A DNA stretch of 64,000 nucleotides from Candidatus Magasanikiibacteriota bacterium (GCA_041675185.1 JBAYUH010000002.1:1052-65051); one strand, 5' to 3'; shown: positions 19,356-29,280, numbered from the stretch's first letter. The notes: a model not told the origin generated them from the letters alone. Translations and numbers: made by a program.

Positions 19356-19931
19356 TTATAAAGAAGCTTGTGATTTTATTATAGAAACAGCATTATTGAA
19401 ACCTTGAGTAGTCAAAGAAGCTCCAGCAACTCTATTTAAATTTAGAGAACTGATGTCTTTACCCACAACTTGTGATTTTAAATTATCAGAAAACATATTT
19501 TGATAAGCAAGGGCAGTTCTGTTATTAGACATAGTCTGAACATTAACATCTGTAACAATATCATTTTGCAATGTAAGACTTATTCCTATAGTTTCTTGAC
19601 CACTAGGAGCACGGTATTGCCCTGTAGTAGAATAACTTCCATCTTTATATTGATTCATCATACTACCATTACCACCCATCATACCAGAACCAGAAGTACC
19701 TGCACTATTATTTGAAACAGTGGTAGGCGCTACTTGTTCACTAGTATTAGAATTTCCCATCACACTAGGATCAATATTTTGAGTAATTGGAATTTGTGAG
19801 ACACTATTATTTGAATCAATAGGTGTCTGATTAGTGGTACTAGTAACTCCACAACCACTAGCCAAAAAAGCCAAAGTAAGTACAGCAACTAATACTAACA
19901 AATTTGGTAAATTACTTATCTGTTTTTTCAT
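19356..19931 (-). CDS. FMN-binding (flavinylated) lipoprotein
   Basis: Lipobox LASGC; YKDGSY; flavinylation-type motif VAGASLTTQGF; adjacent to apbE. Confidence 0.85.
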   Translation of the reverse strand: MKKQISNLPNLLVLVAVLTLAFLASGCGVTSTTNQTPIDSNNSVSQIPITQNIDPSVMGNSNTSEQVAPTTVSNNSAGTSGSGMMGGNGSMMNQYKDGSYSTTGQYRAPSGQETIGISLTLQNDIVTDVNVQTMSNNRTALAYQNMFSDNLKSQVVGKDISSLNLNRVAGASLTTQGFNNAVSIIKSQASL

Positions 19932-20135
19932 ATAAAAAAATTAAAATTAAGACCGAACTATTATAACATACTTCGACATAACAGCCTATACTGCAATATG
20001 AACATTAAATTAAATAGTATACTAATTCTATATAATATACTACGCAAATAATAAAACTTTTATTTCAAACAAAGCTTTTTGGCTTAATCTAAAACAAAAA
20101 AACAGAACCTTCCAGCTCTGTCTTTGATAATTTTA

Positions 20136-21431
20136 TTATCTTTCTCCTCTAGTTTGACTACGTCCATATTGACGTTCACGACGGAAGTTACGGTGACGAT
20201 TTTGATTTTGTCCTTGACCTCCACGCTGACGATTGGCAAAATTTTGTCTTGCTGGTGCCGGATTATTTCGTACTGGCAAATAGTCACTTACAGGTTCATG
20301 AGGCATAATTGGCAAATCTAAAATAGGCAAAGATTTGCGAATCAATTTTTCTATTTTTCTAATATCAGATTTTTCTGGTGGAGTTACAAAAGAAATTGCT
20401 TTACCAAATTTACCAGCACGACCAGTACGTCCAATACGATGCACATAATCTTCTGAATTGTCTGGCAAATCAAAATTGATAACAAGAGAAATTTGTTTGA
20501 CATCTATTCCTCTAGCAGCAATATCTGTAGCAACCATAATACGAAATCTACCTTTACTAAATCCATCAAGTGCAGTTTTACGTTGAGCTTGAGTACGGTT
20601 GGAATGAATTTCAGTTACAGTATGATTGGCAATACGAATATCACGAGTAATACGTTTGGCACCATGTTTGGTACGAGAAAAAATAAGTATTGTATCTTGT
20701 TTATAAGTATTCAAAAGAGAATAAAGCAAACGCATTTTGTCCAATTTACTTACAATAAAAACTTCTTGCTCTACATTTTCAGCAGAAGTACCTTGTGGAG
20801 CAATTTCAATTCTAAGTGGCATTTTCATAAAAGCACTAGCCAAACTAGAAATTGAAGGTGGCATAGTTGCTGAAAAAAGCATTGTTTGTTTTTCTTTTGG
20901 AGCTTTTTGCAAAATACGTCTTATTTGTGGCAAAAATCCCACATCAAGCATTCTGTCTGCTTCATCCAAGATCAACACTTTTACATTGTCTAATCGAAAA
21001 TATCTTTGTTCCATCAAATCATCAAGACGGCCAGGAGTAGCAATCACAATATGAGGGTTAGCTTTCAAATCCTTGATTTGAGGACGAGAAGATACACCAC
21101 CAATAATTACAGCTGAACGCATACCAAGAGGTCCACCAATTTGTTTCAGAGCATCAGCTACTTGCTGAGCCAATTCACGAGTTGGAACCAAAATCAGACC
21201 TTGTCCTCTACTGGTCGCTAGACGCTGAAGAAGAGGGATACCATAAGCTAGAGTTTTGCCTGTACCAGTCTGTGCAATACCTACAACATCTTTTCCTTCT
21301 AGAGCACCAGGAATTACCTGATGTTGGATAGGTGTAGGAGTAAAAAATCCTTTTTGTTTAAGAATTTCCAAGAAATTCTTACTTATACCAAGATCGTCGA
21401 AACGACCAGTATTTGATTGTTTTTCTGTCAT
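20136..21431 (-). CDS. DEAD-box RNA helicase (RhlE-like)
   Basis: Q motif PTPIQ, AQTGTGKT, PTRELA, DEAD, SAT, HRIGRTGR; likely start MTEKQ at 21431. Confidence 0.96.
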   Translation of the reverse strand: MTEKQSNTGRFDDLGISKNFLEILKQKGFFTPTPIQHQVIPGALEGKDVVGIAQTGTGKTLAYGIPLLQRLATSRGQGLILVPTRELAQQVADALKQIGGPLGMRSAVIIGGVSSRPQIKDLKANPHIVIATPGRLDDLMEQRYFRLDNVKVLILDEADRMLDVGFLPQIRRILQKAPKEKQTMLFSATMPPSISSLASAFMKMPLRIEIAPQGTSAENVEQEVFIVSKLDKMRLLYSLLNTYKQDTILIFSRTKHGAKRITRDIRIANHTVTEIHSNRTQAQRKTALDGFSKGRFRIMVATDIAARGIDVKQISLVINFDLPDNSEDYVHRIGRTGRAGKFGKAISFVTPPEKSDIRKIEKLIRKSLPILDLPIMPHEPVSDYLPVRNNPAPARQNFANRQRGGQGQNQNRHRNFRRERQYGRSQTRGER

Positions 21432-21758
21432 AAAAAAAATTGTGTGACCCAATATTTCCAAGAGTCACACATTTATCCGCCTTTGGCGGATTGACACAAA
21501 AAAAATCGAGTCGCAGGGCTGTAATCAGCCGTGCATATAAATTAAGACGTCAGTATAGCAAAGAAACACTATCCTGTCAAGAGCCAAAACAAAAAAATCA
21601 TTATAATTAAGCCAAAAAAACACACAGCTACCTTGACAAAAAACATCTTATATGCTATACTATTTTTCGTAGCTTAGGTTACAAAATATTCAAAGAGTAG
21701 AGATAAAGTCGAATTTCTGCATCTTGGTATTTAATTCACATTATCTTTACATACATAT

Positions 21759-21953
21759 ATGCAAGGAACAATCAAAAAATTGACAGACAAAAACTTTGGT
21801 TTTATCTCTCAAGATGGCGGCGACGATTTATTTTTTCACGCCAACAGTTTAGCAGGTGTTGACTTCTCTGAATTAAGAGAAGGCGATGCTGTTACTTTTG
21901 AAGTAGAAAATACTCCAAAAGGAAAAGCTGCTACAAACGTACAAAAAGCTTAA
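21759..21953 (+). CDS. cspA: Cold-shock protein
   Basis: KNFGFI, LFFHAN, KGKAATNV; TTGACA promoter about 125 nt upstream. Confidence 0.95.
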   Translation: MQGTIKKLTDKNFGFISQDGGDDLFFHANSLAGVDFSELREGDAVTFEVENTPKGKAATNVQKA

Positions 21954-21966
21954 TAACTTTTATACT

Positions 21967-22000
21967 AAAAAATAGTCCCGATAAAATCGGGACTATTTTT
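21967..22000. terminator. Intrinsic terminator (bidirectional)
   Basis: AAAAATAGTCCCGAT-aaa-ATCGGGACTATTTTT. Confidence 0.85.
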
Positions 22001-22012
22001 ATTTGTAAAAAT

Positions 22013-22207
22013 TTATTTAGCTTTAGATGGCTTGGCTAATCTATTACCCATACTACGCTGTCTCTCTGCACCAGCTTGGCTATTTTCTTTGGCATGGAAA
22101 CCATCTTGACGAGACACTTGTTTCTTATATTTACCAAAAGAGATAGTCAAATCTTGACCTTTTTTGTGCTCTATTTTTTTCAAATTTTTGAGAACTTTAC
22201 TTAACAT
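22013..22207 (-). CDS. Small basic hypothetical protein
   Basis: 64-aa Lys-rich ORF ending at the shared terminator. Confidence 0.5.
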   Translation of the reverse strand: MLSKVLKNLKKIEHKKGQDLTISFGKYKKQVSRQDGFHAKENSQAGAERQRSMGNRLAKPSKAK

Positions 22208-22307
22208 ATATGTTTATTTTAAAAAAATAAATATACTATATAATACTTACTTAGTATAACCTATTTTCAAAGATAAGAAAAGAGAGAAACTTTATCTGTG
22301 TATTTAG

Positions 22308-22379
22308 CTCCCAGAGCAGGATTCGAACCTACGACATCCACGTTAACAGCGTGGCGTTCTACCACTGAACTATCCGGGA
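22308..22379 (-). tRNA. tRNA-Asn (GTT), CCA not encoded
   Basis: Acceptor TCCCGGA/TCTGGGA, anticodon arm CCACG-CTGTTAA-CGTGG, T arm GGTTCGAATCC. Confidence 0.96.
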
Positions 22380-22537
22380 ATATTTAGAATAAAAATCCCG
22401 CTTTTTAGCGGGTTATTTTTTGTTCAGAAAAATGACACCCACTATTGGCTGATATTATTATTCAAATTATTGTTATTTGATAGTTGTATCATAACTATAA
22501 TATATTACTATATTTACTTTGAATTGTCAAATATTTT

Positions 22538-22852
22538 TTAATCATTCTCAAACATATTGTATACCATAAAACCACCTACCAGATTATAGACATTTGTATA
22601 ACCTTGGCTTTCCAAAAAATTAGTAGCCAGAGCACTACGTGTGCCAGAGTGACAAACACAAACAATAGTTTCTGATTTGTCTGTTAACTTATTCAGAAAC
22701 TCTTTTTCAAGAATATCCAATGGTACAAGCAATGAACCAGGTATATGACCTTCTTCATATTCTGATTTACTGCGTACATCGAGTATAATAAATTTTTTGG
22801 CCTGTTTTTGCCATTCTTTCAATTCTAGAGTATTAACTGTTTTCATATACAC
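22538..22852 (-). CDS. Rhodanese-like sulfurtransferase
   Basis: ILDVR...EYEEGHIPGS, active-site CHSGTRS, NLVGG. Confidence 0.92.
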   Translation of the reverse strand: MYMKTVNTLELKEWQKQAKKFIILDVRSKSEYEEGHIPGSLLVPLDILEKEFLNKLTDKSETIVCVCHSGTRSALATNFLESQGYTNVYNLVGGFMVYNMFEND

Positions 22853-22964
22853 TACTTATATAAATTAAAATATTACAATCTATACTACAAAATTCATAAC
22901 AAACCGTCAAGAAACAAAAAGCTGCCCACAAGCATGTGGCAGCTTTTTTTGAAAAAGACAATCA

Positions 22965-23192
22965 TTATACTGTCTTTCCTGTTGTACATTCTTTACAATC
23001 TTTTTTGTGAGTAAACAATACTACTAAACCAGACAAACCTACAAGTATGTAGATAACTCTAGATAAAACAGCTGTTTGACCACCAAAAAGTTGACCAACA
23101 TCCCAACCAAATAAACCTAATAATAACCAATTCAAAGCTCCTACCACAACTAGCAAGAAAGCTATCATATGTAATCCTTTCATATACTTCAC
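22965..23192 (-). CDS. DUF378 family membrane protein
   Basis: LVVVGALNWLLLG...SRVIYILVGLSG. Confidence 0.85.
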   Translation of the reverse strand: MKYMKGLHMIAFLLVVVGALNWLLLGLFGWDVGQLFGGQTAVLSRVIYILVGLSGLVVLFTHKKDCKECTTGKTV

Positions 23193-23223
23193 CCCCTTTC
23201 TAAAATATTAGTTGAATAATACT

Positions 23224-24207
23224 TTATCTAATACCAATAAGATTTCTTATTTCTTTCATTGTGACTCTCGCAATCTTGGAAGCTTTCTCTTCACCTTCAG
23301 AAAGTACTGTAGCCAAAAAACTTCTATCTTCCAAAAATTGTGTACGGTCATTGCGAAACTCTTCAAAATATTCACTTATTGATTGTGCCAATTTTTCTTT
23401 CAACTCTCCGTATTTAATAGTACCATTTTTTTGTGCTTCAGCAAATTTATTATACACAGCTTTACCGGCAAAGTTTTTTAGTAATAAAAATAAATTTTCT
23501 ACACCCGGAGATTTTTCTCCTGATTCAGTAGCAGTGACAGCTTTTTTTAATTTTGCAAAAATTACTTCTGGTTCATCAGCCAATTCTAATACACTATTCA
23601 TACCATAACTCTTGCTCATTTTTTTTGTTGGTTCCACTAGACTCATTATTTTTGGTGTTTCTGTTAGTAACACTTTTGTTTCTGGAAAATATTTTCCATA
23701 ACGATTATTAAACCAACGTGCAATATCACGAGTAATTTCTACATGTTGTACTTGATCCTGTCCGACAGGAACTAAATTTCCATGATACATCAAAATATCA
23801 GCTGCCTGCAAAATTGGATAAGTCAAAAGACCAGTATTAATATTTTTGGCTTGTTTTTGAGATTTATCTTTGTATTGAGTCATTCTTTCCAATTCAGCAA
23901 TAGGAGTAATTGTATTGAAAATCCAAGCCAACTCAGTATGCTCTTGTACATGAGATTGAACAAAAAATGTTGATTTCTTAGGATCAATACCTAGAGCTAG
24001 AAGTTCAGCACCCATAAGAATAATCTGTTCACGTCTATCTTGGGCAGTTTTGTCTCCAGTCATAGCATGATAATCTGCTATACAAAAATAACAATCATAG
24101 TCAGGATTTTTCTGTAATTCTACCCAATTTTTCAAAGCTCCCAGATAATTACCTACATGCAAATTGCCAGTCGGCTGGATAGCGGAAAAAACGATTTTTT
24201 TACTCAT
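23224..24207 (-). CDS. trpS: Tryptophanyl-tRNA synthetase
   Basis: IQPTGNLHVGNYLGA (HIGH), YPILQAADIL, VPVGQDQ, KMSKS. Confidence 0.98.
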   Translation of the reverse strand: MSKKIVFSAIQPTGNLHVGNYLGALKNWVELQKNPDYDCYFCIADYHAMTGDKTAQDRREQIILMGAELLALGIDPKKSTFFVQSHVQEHTELAWIFNTITPIAELERMTQYKDKSQKQAKNINTGLLTYPILQAADILMYHGNLVPVGQDQVQHVEITRDIARWFNNRYGKYFPETKVLLTETPKIMSLVEPTKKMSKSYGMNSVLELADEPEVIFAKLKKAVTATESGEKSPGVENLFLLLKNFAGKAVYNKFAEAQKNGTIKYGELKEKLAQSISEYFEEFRNDRTQFLEDRSFLATVLSEGEEKASKIARVTMKEIRNLIGIR

Positions 24208-24298
24208 ACAAATTATTTACTTAGCTAAAATATAATTATACTTTATCATAAAAATAGAATAATACAAGTGTCTTTCATAAAAATATAAAAACAAACTA

Positions 24299-24559
24299 CT
24301 ATTTTTGTCTTATTTTAGATTCTTGTAAAATTAATTGAAGAAAATTATATACAAATTTTTTGTCCAAATTTAATTTTTCTGAAAGTTCATTATATTTTTT
24401 TAAAATTTCTACTTCTCTGTTTTTATCTTCAACAGTCATGTTTTCTAATTTCTTAATTTTTCCAATTTTATCAGTCAAAGCAAAACGTCTGGACAATAAT
24501 TCCAAAATATTTTTGTCAACGCAATCTATTTTTTTACGTAAACATTTTATTTTTTTCAT
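24299..24559 (-). CDS. Chorismate mutase (AroQ/CM_2 type)
   Basis: LRKKIDCVDKNILELLSRRF...IGKIKK...DKNRE...ESKIRQ. Confidence 0.82.
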   Translation of the reverse strand: MKKIKCLRKKIDCVDKNILELLSRRFALTDKIGKIKKLENMTVEDKNREVEILKKYNELSEKLNLDKKFVYNFLQLILQESKIRQK

Positions 24560-24612
24560 AGAAACTAAATCAAATTACATTCCCCATTCCCCGTTCCCCA
24601 TTCCTCACTCCA

Positions 24613-25815
24613 CTATAATATCTTCACACCAGGTAATTTTTTTCCAGACAAAAATTCCAACATTGCTCCGCCACCAGTAGAGATATGATCTATATATTCA
24701 GACATTTTGACAGCCTCAAGACTGAGCAAAGTTTCTCCACCACCCACCACACCAAAAGCTTTACCTTTTGACCTACTAGCGACAAGACGCGCAATACTAT
24801 AAGTCCCATGATGATAAGGTCTTTGTTCAAAATAACCCATGGCTCCATTCCAGACAATAGTCTTAGCTTTTTTGATATATTTGGAAAATTCAAAAATTGT
24901 TTTTGGACCAATATCATAAATTGCCAAATTCTTGTCAGTAATTTTGAAATTTTTGTTGATATCCATTACAAAATATTTTTTACCTTTGCTATCACCTACT
25001 ACAACATCCAATGGTTTGATGACTTTTTTGTTTTGGCAATATTTTAGAATTTCTTTTGTCATTTTTTTATCAATAATAGATGAACCAATTTTGAATCCCT
25101 TAGCATAAAGATAAGTATTGACTATTCCGCCACCAATCAGAATCTGATTACTTTTTTTCAAAAGATTTTTTATGACAGGAATTTTTGTTTCTGATTTTAT
25201 TCCACCAACAATTACTACAAATGGTTTTTTTGGATTTTTCAAAACTTTTGACAAACTCTTGACTTCTTCTTCTAGTAATAAACCAGCATAGCTTGGCAAA
25301 TATTTTGCTACACCAACCACAGAAGCATCAGCTCGATGAGAAACAGCAAAACCATCTAGTACAAAAATATCAGCCAAATTGGCTAACTCTTGAGCTAATT
25401 TTCCCTTATTACCTTCCTCATCTGAAGAAAAACGAATATTTTCAAGCATAGCGATTTGACCTGGTAACATCGCATCAATACTAGTCCACAAATCCAATCT
25501 AATTTCCATAGCTTTTTGTTCATCTTTTGGCCAATCTTTACTATCCAATTTGATTATCTTTTGTCCTAATAATTTTCCAAGATGTGAAGCCAATGGATCC
25601 ACTTTCAAAGATGGTATTATTTTACCCTCTGGACGACCAAGATGAGTAACCAAAATAATTTTTGCTTTCTTGTTTTGCAGAGCTTGAATAGTTGGCAAGG
25701 ATTTCACAATTTTTTCATCATCCAAAATTTTGCCTTTTTCAAAAGGAACGTTGTAATCGACTCGTAAAAGTACAATTTTATTTGTTAAATTTTTTAGCTT
25801 ATTAATTGTCTTCAT
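24613..25815 (-). CDS. pgk: Phosphoglycerate kinase
   Basis: LLRVDYNVP, THLGRP, LENIRF, WNGAMG, ISTGGGAMLEF. Confidence 0.97.
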   Translation of the reverse strand: MKTINKLKNLTNKIVLLRVDYNVPFEKGKILDDEKIVKSLPTIQALQNKKAKIILVTHLGRPEGKIIPSLKVDPLASHLGKLLGQKIIKLDSKDWPKDEQKAMEIRLDLWTSIDAMLPGQIAMLENIRFSSDEEGNKGKLAQELANLADIFVLDGFAVSHRADASVVGVAKYLPSYAGLLLEEEVKSLSKVLKNPKKPFVVIVGGIKSETKIPVIKNLLKKSNQILIGGGIVNTYLYAKGFKIGSSIIDKKMTKEILKYCQNKKVIKPLDVVVGDSKGKKYFVMDINKNFKITDKNLAIYDIGPKTIFEFSKYIKKAKTIVWNGAMGYFEQRPYHHGTYSIARLVASRSKGKAFGVVGGGETLLSLEAVKMSEYIDHISTGGGAMLEFLSGKKLPGVKIL

Positions 25816-25831
25816 AAAAAAAATTTATGAA

Positions 25832-25930
25832 TTCCCCTCCTATTAGGAGGGGCTAGGGGAGGTCTTTTGCAAGATAAAACGTCTTGCTCAAAGATGGACC
25901 CCCTCTAACTCCCCCTACTATGGGGAGAAC
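25832..25930. repeat. Composite GC-rich palindromic (REP-like) element between gap and pgk
   Basis: CCCCTCCT-att-AGGAGGGG, central GCAAGA/TCTTGC stem, CTCCCC/GGGGAG. Confidence 0.65.
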
Positions 25931-26001
25931 CCTTTTTTCATAATTTTGTAAATTTCGTATTTAGAATTTTTCATTCCATATTCCTCGTTCCCCATTCCAC
26001 A

Positions 26002-27012
26002 TTAATTCTTTCCTACAATCTCCACCATTTCCACCAACCTATTGGCATAACCCCACTCATTGTCATACCAAGAAATAATCTTGACCATGTTACCAGCTAC
26101 AACTTTAGTAAGACTAAGATCAGCGATAGAAGAATGAGCATTGCCAATAATATCTGATGAGACAATCTCTTCAGTAGTAGTTTCCAAAATTCCTTTTAGA
26201 TAAGTTTTGCTAGCTTTTATCAAAGCTTTGTTTATTTGATCCACAGTAACATCTTTTTTCAAAAGCAAAGTAAAGTCTGTCAGAGATCCAGTAATAGTAG
26301 GCACACGTATAGCCAAACCATCAAATTTGTTTTGGAGTTCTGGTACTACTCTTGTGGTAGCAATAGCAGCGCCTGTAGAAGTTGGAACAATATTTTGAGC
26401 AGCAGCTCTCGCACGACGCAAATCATGATTTGGACCATCTTGAAGATTTTGATCAGCTGTATAAGAGTGAATTGTAGTCAACATGGCTTTTTCAATACCA
26501 AATTCCATTTCCATAACACGCATAATTGGAGCTGTACAATTGGTAGTACAAGAAGCATTGTCAATAATTTTTTCTTTTTTATTTTTGTAAGTACCACAAT
26601 TGACACCACGGACATAAGTGTGGATATCTTCGCCTTTGCCAGGAGCTGACAATACGACTTTCTTGGCACCAGCTTGCAAATGCAATCCTGCTAATTCTAA
26701 AGTACGAAATACACCAGTACATTCAATCACCACATCTACTTTCAATTTTTTCCATGGTAATTCTTTTGGATCACGCATCGCAAAACTTGGAATTTTTTTA
26801 CCATTAACAATAATATTTTTTTCATCAAAACCAATTTTCAATTTCCTATCTGGATAGGCTGTGTCATATTTGAGCAAATGAGCCAAAGTCTTAGTATCAG
26901 TAAGATCATTGATAGCTACAACTTCGACATTTTTTTTTGCTTGAGCTACCTTGAAAGCATGACGTCCGATTCTACCAAAACCATTGATAGCGATTCTTAT
27001 TTTTTGAGACAT
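26002..27012 (-). CDS. gap: Glyceraldehyde-3-phosphate dehydrogenase type I
   Basis: INGFGRIGR, NASCTTNC, WYDNEWGY. Confidence 0.98.
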   Translation of the reverse strand: MSQKIRIAINGFGRIGRHAFKVAQAKKNVEVVAINDLTDTKTLAHLLKYDTAYPDRKLKIGFDEKNIIVNGKKIPSFAMRDPKELPWKKLKVDVVIECTGVFRTLELAGLHLQAGAKKVVLSAPGKGEDIHTYVRGVNCGTYKNKKEKIIDNASCTTNCTAPIMRVMEMEFGIEKAMLTTIHSYTADQNLQDGPNHDLRRARAAAQNIVPTSTGAAIATTRVVPELQNKFDGLAIRVPTITGSLTDFTLLLKKDVTVDQINKALIKASKTYLKGILETTTEEIVSSDIIGNAHSSIADLSLTKVVAGNMVKIISWYDNEWGYANRLVEMVEIVGKN

Positions 27013-27237
27013 AAAATATAGTGTGATTAACCCGCAAAAACTTACGGGTTTGAGAAAAAACTTTCTTATAGAAATTCTACAATGAATTGAATTTTCTTGT
27101 CCCCCTTCTCGTGAGAGGGGGGAGTTAAATTTATAACATATCTATTTTACCAAAATTCAAAACTAAATACTAGACTGATATTGCCAAAAAAAGTGATAAG
27201 TGATAAAATAGCATCATAATTAATTTAATTATTTTCT

Positions 27238-27699
27238 ATGGAAAATACAGTACCTTCAACAGGTTCTAATTCAGAACTACCAAAAACAGTAGTTACTGAA
27301 AGCACAGAAAAAAAATATGCTGGTTTCTGGATCAGATTTCTGGCTATAATAATAGATAGTGTTTTATTGAGTTTCATTGGTAGTTTGTTTGGAGCTACTA
27401 CCTATAGTGGTTTATCTGTAAGTGTAAGTTATACAGGATGGAAAGCACTAATACCTCTAGCATATGTACTAATTTTTTGGATATGGAAAGGTGCCACTCC
27501 TGGAAAAATGGTCTTGGGTTTAAAAATTATAGAAGAGGATGGCAAAAAATTAACTTGGCAAAAAGCCGTCGTACGTTATTTATCTATGTTCCTTAGTGGC
27601 ATCGCTTTCTGTCTTGGTTTTTTCTGGATTGGTTTCAATCCAAAAAAACAAGGTTGGCATGATTTGCTGGCTAAGACTTATGTAATAAAAACTAAATAA
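27238..27699 (+). CDS. RDD family membrane protein
   Basis: YAGFWIRFLAIIID, GATPGKMVLGL, QGWHDLLAKTYV. Confidence 0.92.
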   Translation: MENTVPSTGSNSELPKTVVTESTEKKYAGFWIRFLAIIIDSVLLSFIGSLFGATTYSGLSVSVSYTGWKALIPLAYVLIFWIWKGATPGKMVLGLKIIEEDGKKLTWQKAVVRYLSMFLSGIAFCLGFFWIGFNPKKQGWHDLLAKTYVIKTK

Positions 27700-27712
27700 T
27701 TTTTTACAAATA

Positions 27713-27750
27713 AAAAACACTAGCTCAATCATTCATGCTAGTGTTTTTTT
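27713..27750 (+). terminator. Intrinsic terminator
   Basis: AAAAAACACTAGC...GCTAGTGTTTTTTT. Confidence 0.75.
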
Positions 27751-27965
27751 GTTTTCTAAATAAAAAAGAAAGCTTAATAGACAAAAAGAAGATTAAAAAC
27801 AAAGAAACACCCTCGGGAGGTGTCTCTTTGATGAAATACTTAACCCACTTATAATATAAAACAAATATTATACTTTGTCAATTTTATGTATGTGAATAAC
27901 TAGAAAAAATAAAATAAAAAATCAAAAAATATAAGCAATCTCACATTTATTTACAGGTCCTTAAT

Positions 27966-28466
27966 CTACATCTTGAGCATTTTCAATCCTGTACTACATG
28001 TCAACGCCACTGCCAAAGCATCGGCTGCATCATCTGGGGTAATTGGTTTTTTGACTCCAAGCATCATCTTGACCATGCGTTGCAACTGTCCTTTTTCTGC
28101 ACGACCATAACCTGTAATACTTTGTTTGACTTGCAAAGGTGTAAATTCATAAACTATGACATTTTGTTGTTTCAATGTCAGAAGAATTACCCCCCTAGCT
28201 TGCCCAACTTTGATAGCTGTTGTGACATTGGTATAAAAAAATAATTCTTCAACAGCACTAAACTCAGGTTTGTATTTCTTGATTATTTCAGTCAGATTCA
28301 GACTAATTTCTTCTAGTCTACTCACAAAATCTTTTTTTTTATCAGTCTCAATACAGCCATAAGCTACACCAACCCATTTACCTTGCTTATTTTCAATCAC
28401 TCCCCAACCTATACGCCCAAAGCCAGGATCTATACCAAGTATACGTTGATTTTTTTGCGTAGGCAT
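27966..28466 (-). CDS. ruvC: Holliday junction resolvase
   Basis: ILGIDPG, AVEELFF, GQARGV, TGYGRAEK, DDAADALAVA; start re-placed at MPTQK (28466). Confidence 0.96.
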   Translation of the reverse strand: MPTQKNQRILGIDPGFGRIGWGVIENKQGKWVGVAYGCIETDKKKDFVSRLEEISLNLTEIIKKYKPEFSAVEELFFYTNVTTAIKVGQARGVILLTLKQQNVIVYEFTPLQVKQSITGYGRAEKGQLQRMVKMMLGVKKPITPDDAADALAVALTCSTGLKMLKM

Positions 28467-28551
28467 ATAGATTAATTTAGAAATTTTGAATTTTAAATTT
28501 CGAAACAATTTTAAATTTCTGAATTTTGAAAATAATTTGTATATGGTTAAT

Positions 28552-29280
28552 TTAAAATTCGTTTGTATAAACGTCTTCAATATCATCAAGATCTTCCAAA
28601 GCCTCGACTAATTTTGCCAATGATTCAGACTTATCAGTAGAAAGCTCAATAGTTTCTTTGGCAAGCCACTCCAAACCAGATGTTTCAACTTCTATACCAA
28701 ATTTTTCGACTGTCTCCATGATAGACTGAAACTTTTCTTTAGCACCAATTAATTCAACACCTTCTTCACTTTCACGGATATCGTTTACTCCAGCGTCCAT
28801 CAATTCCAATTGAGATTCTTCCCAATTTGAAATTTTTGATTTCTTTTCAGTGGTGATACGTACCATTGCAACATTTTCAAATTGCCATTGTACTGAACCT
28901 TTCGCACCAAGAGATGCATTGAATTTATTGAAAATTCCTTTTAATTCTGAAATAGTACGATTGATATTGTCAGTAACAGTCTTGATAAGTAGTGCCACAC
29001 CACCAGGTCCATAACCTTCATAGACTACTTCTTGCAAAACTCCACCATCAAGCTCGCCAGTACCACGTTTGATAGCACGATCAATATTGTCTTTTGGCAT
29101 ATTACCAACTTTGGCTTTGTCTATAGCTAGACGTAAAGAAAAATTCATTTCAGGATCACTACCACCAAGCTGAGCTGCCACAGTGATTGTCTTGGCTAAT
29201 TTGGTAAACAAATTACCACGAGCTTTGTCAGCTTTGCCTTTTTTACCTTGTATGTTATGCCATTTTGAGTGTCCAGACAT
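28552..29280 (-). CDS. yebC: YebC/PmpR family protein
   Basis: MSGHSKWHNI, YEGYGPGG, TDNINRT, DDIEDVYTN. Confidence 0.96.
   Translation of the reverse strand: MSGHSKWHNIQGKKGKADKARGNLFTKLAKTITVAAQLGGSDPEMNFSLRLAIDKAKVGNMPKDNIDRAIKRGTGELDGGVLQEVVYEGYGPGGVALLIKTVTDNINRTISELKGIFNKFNASLGAKGSVQWQFENVAMVRITTEKKSKISNWEESQLELMDAGVNDIRESEEGVELIGAKEKFQSIMETVEKFGIEVETSGLEWLAKETIELSTDKSESLAKLVEALEDLDDIEDVYTNEF

Noticed and set aside
28467-28589. N-terminal extension of RuvC in the ORF track
   Set aside because: It translates the AATTTT repeat spacer and overlaps yebC; the true start is probably 28466
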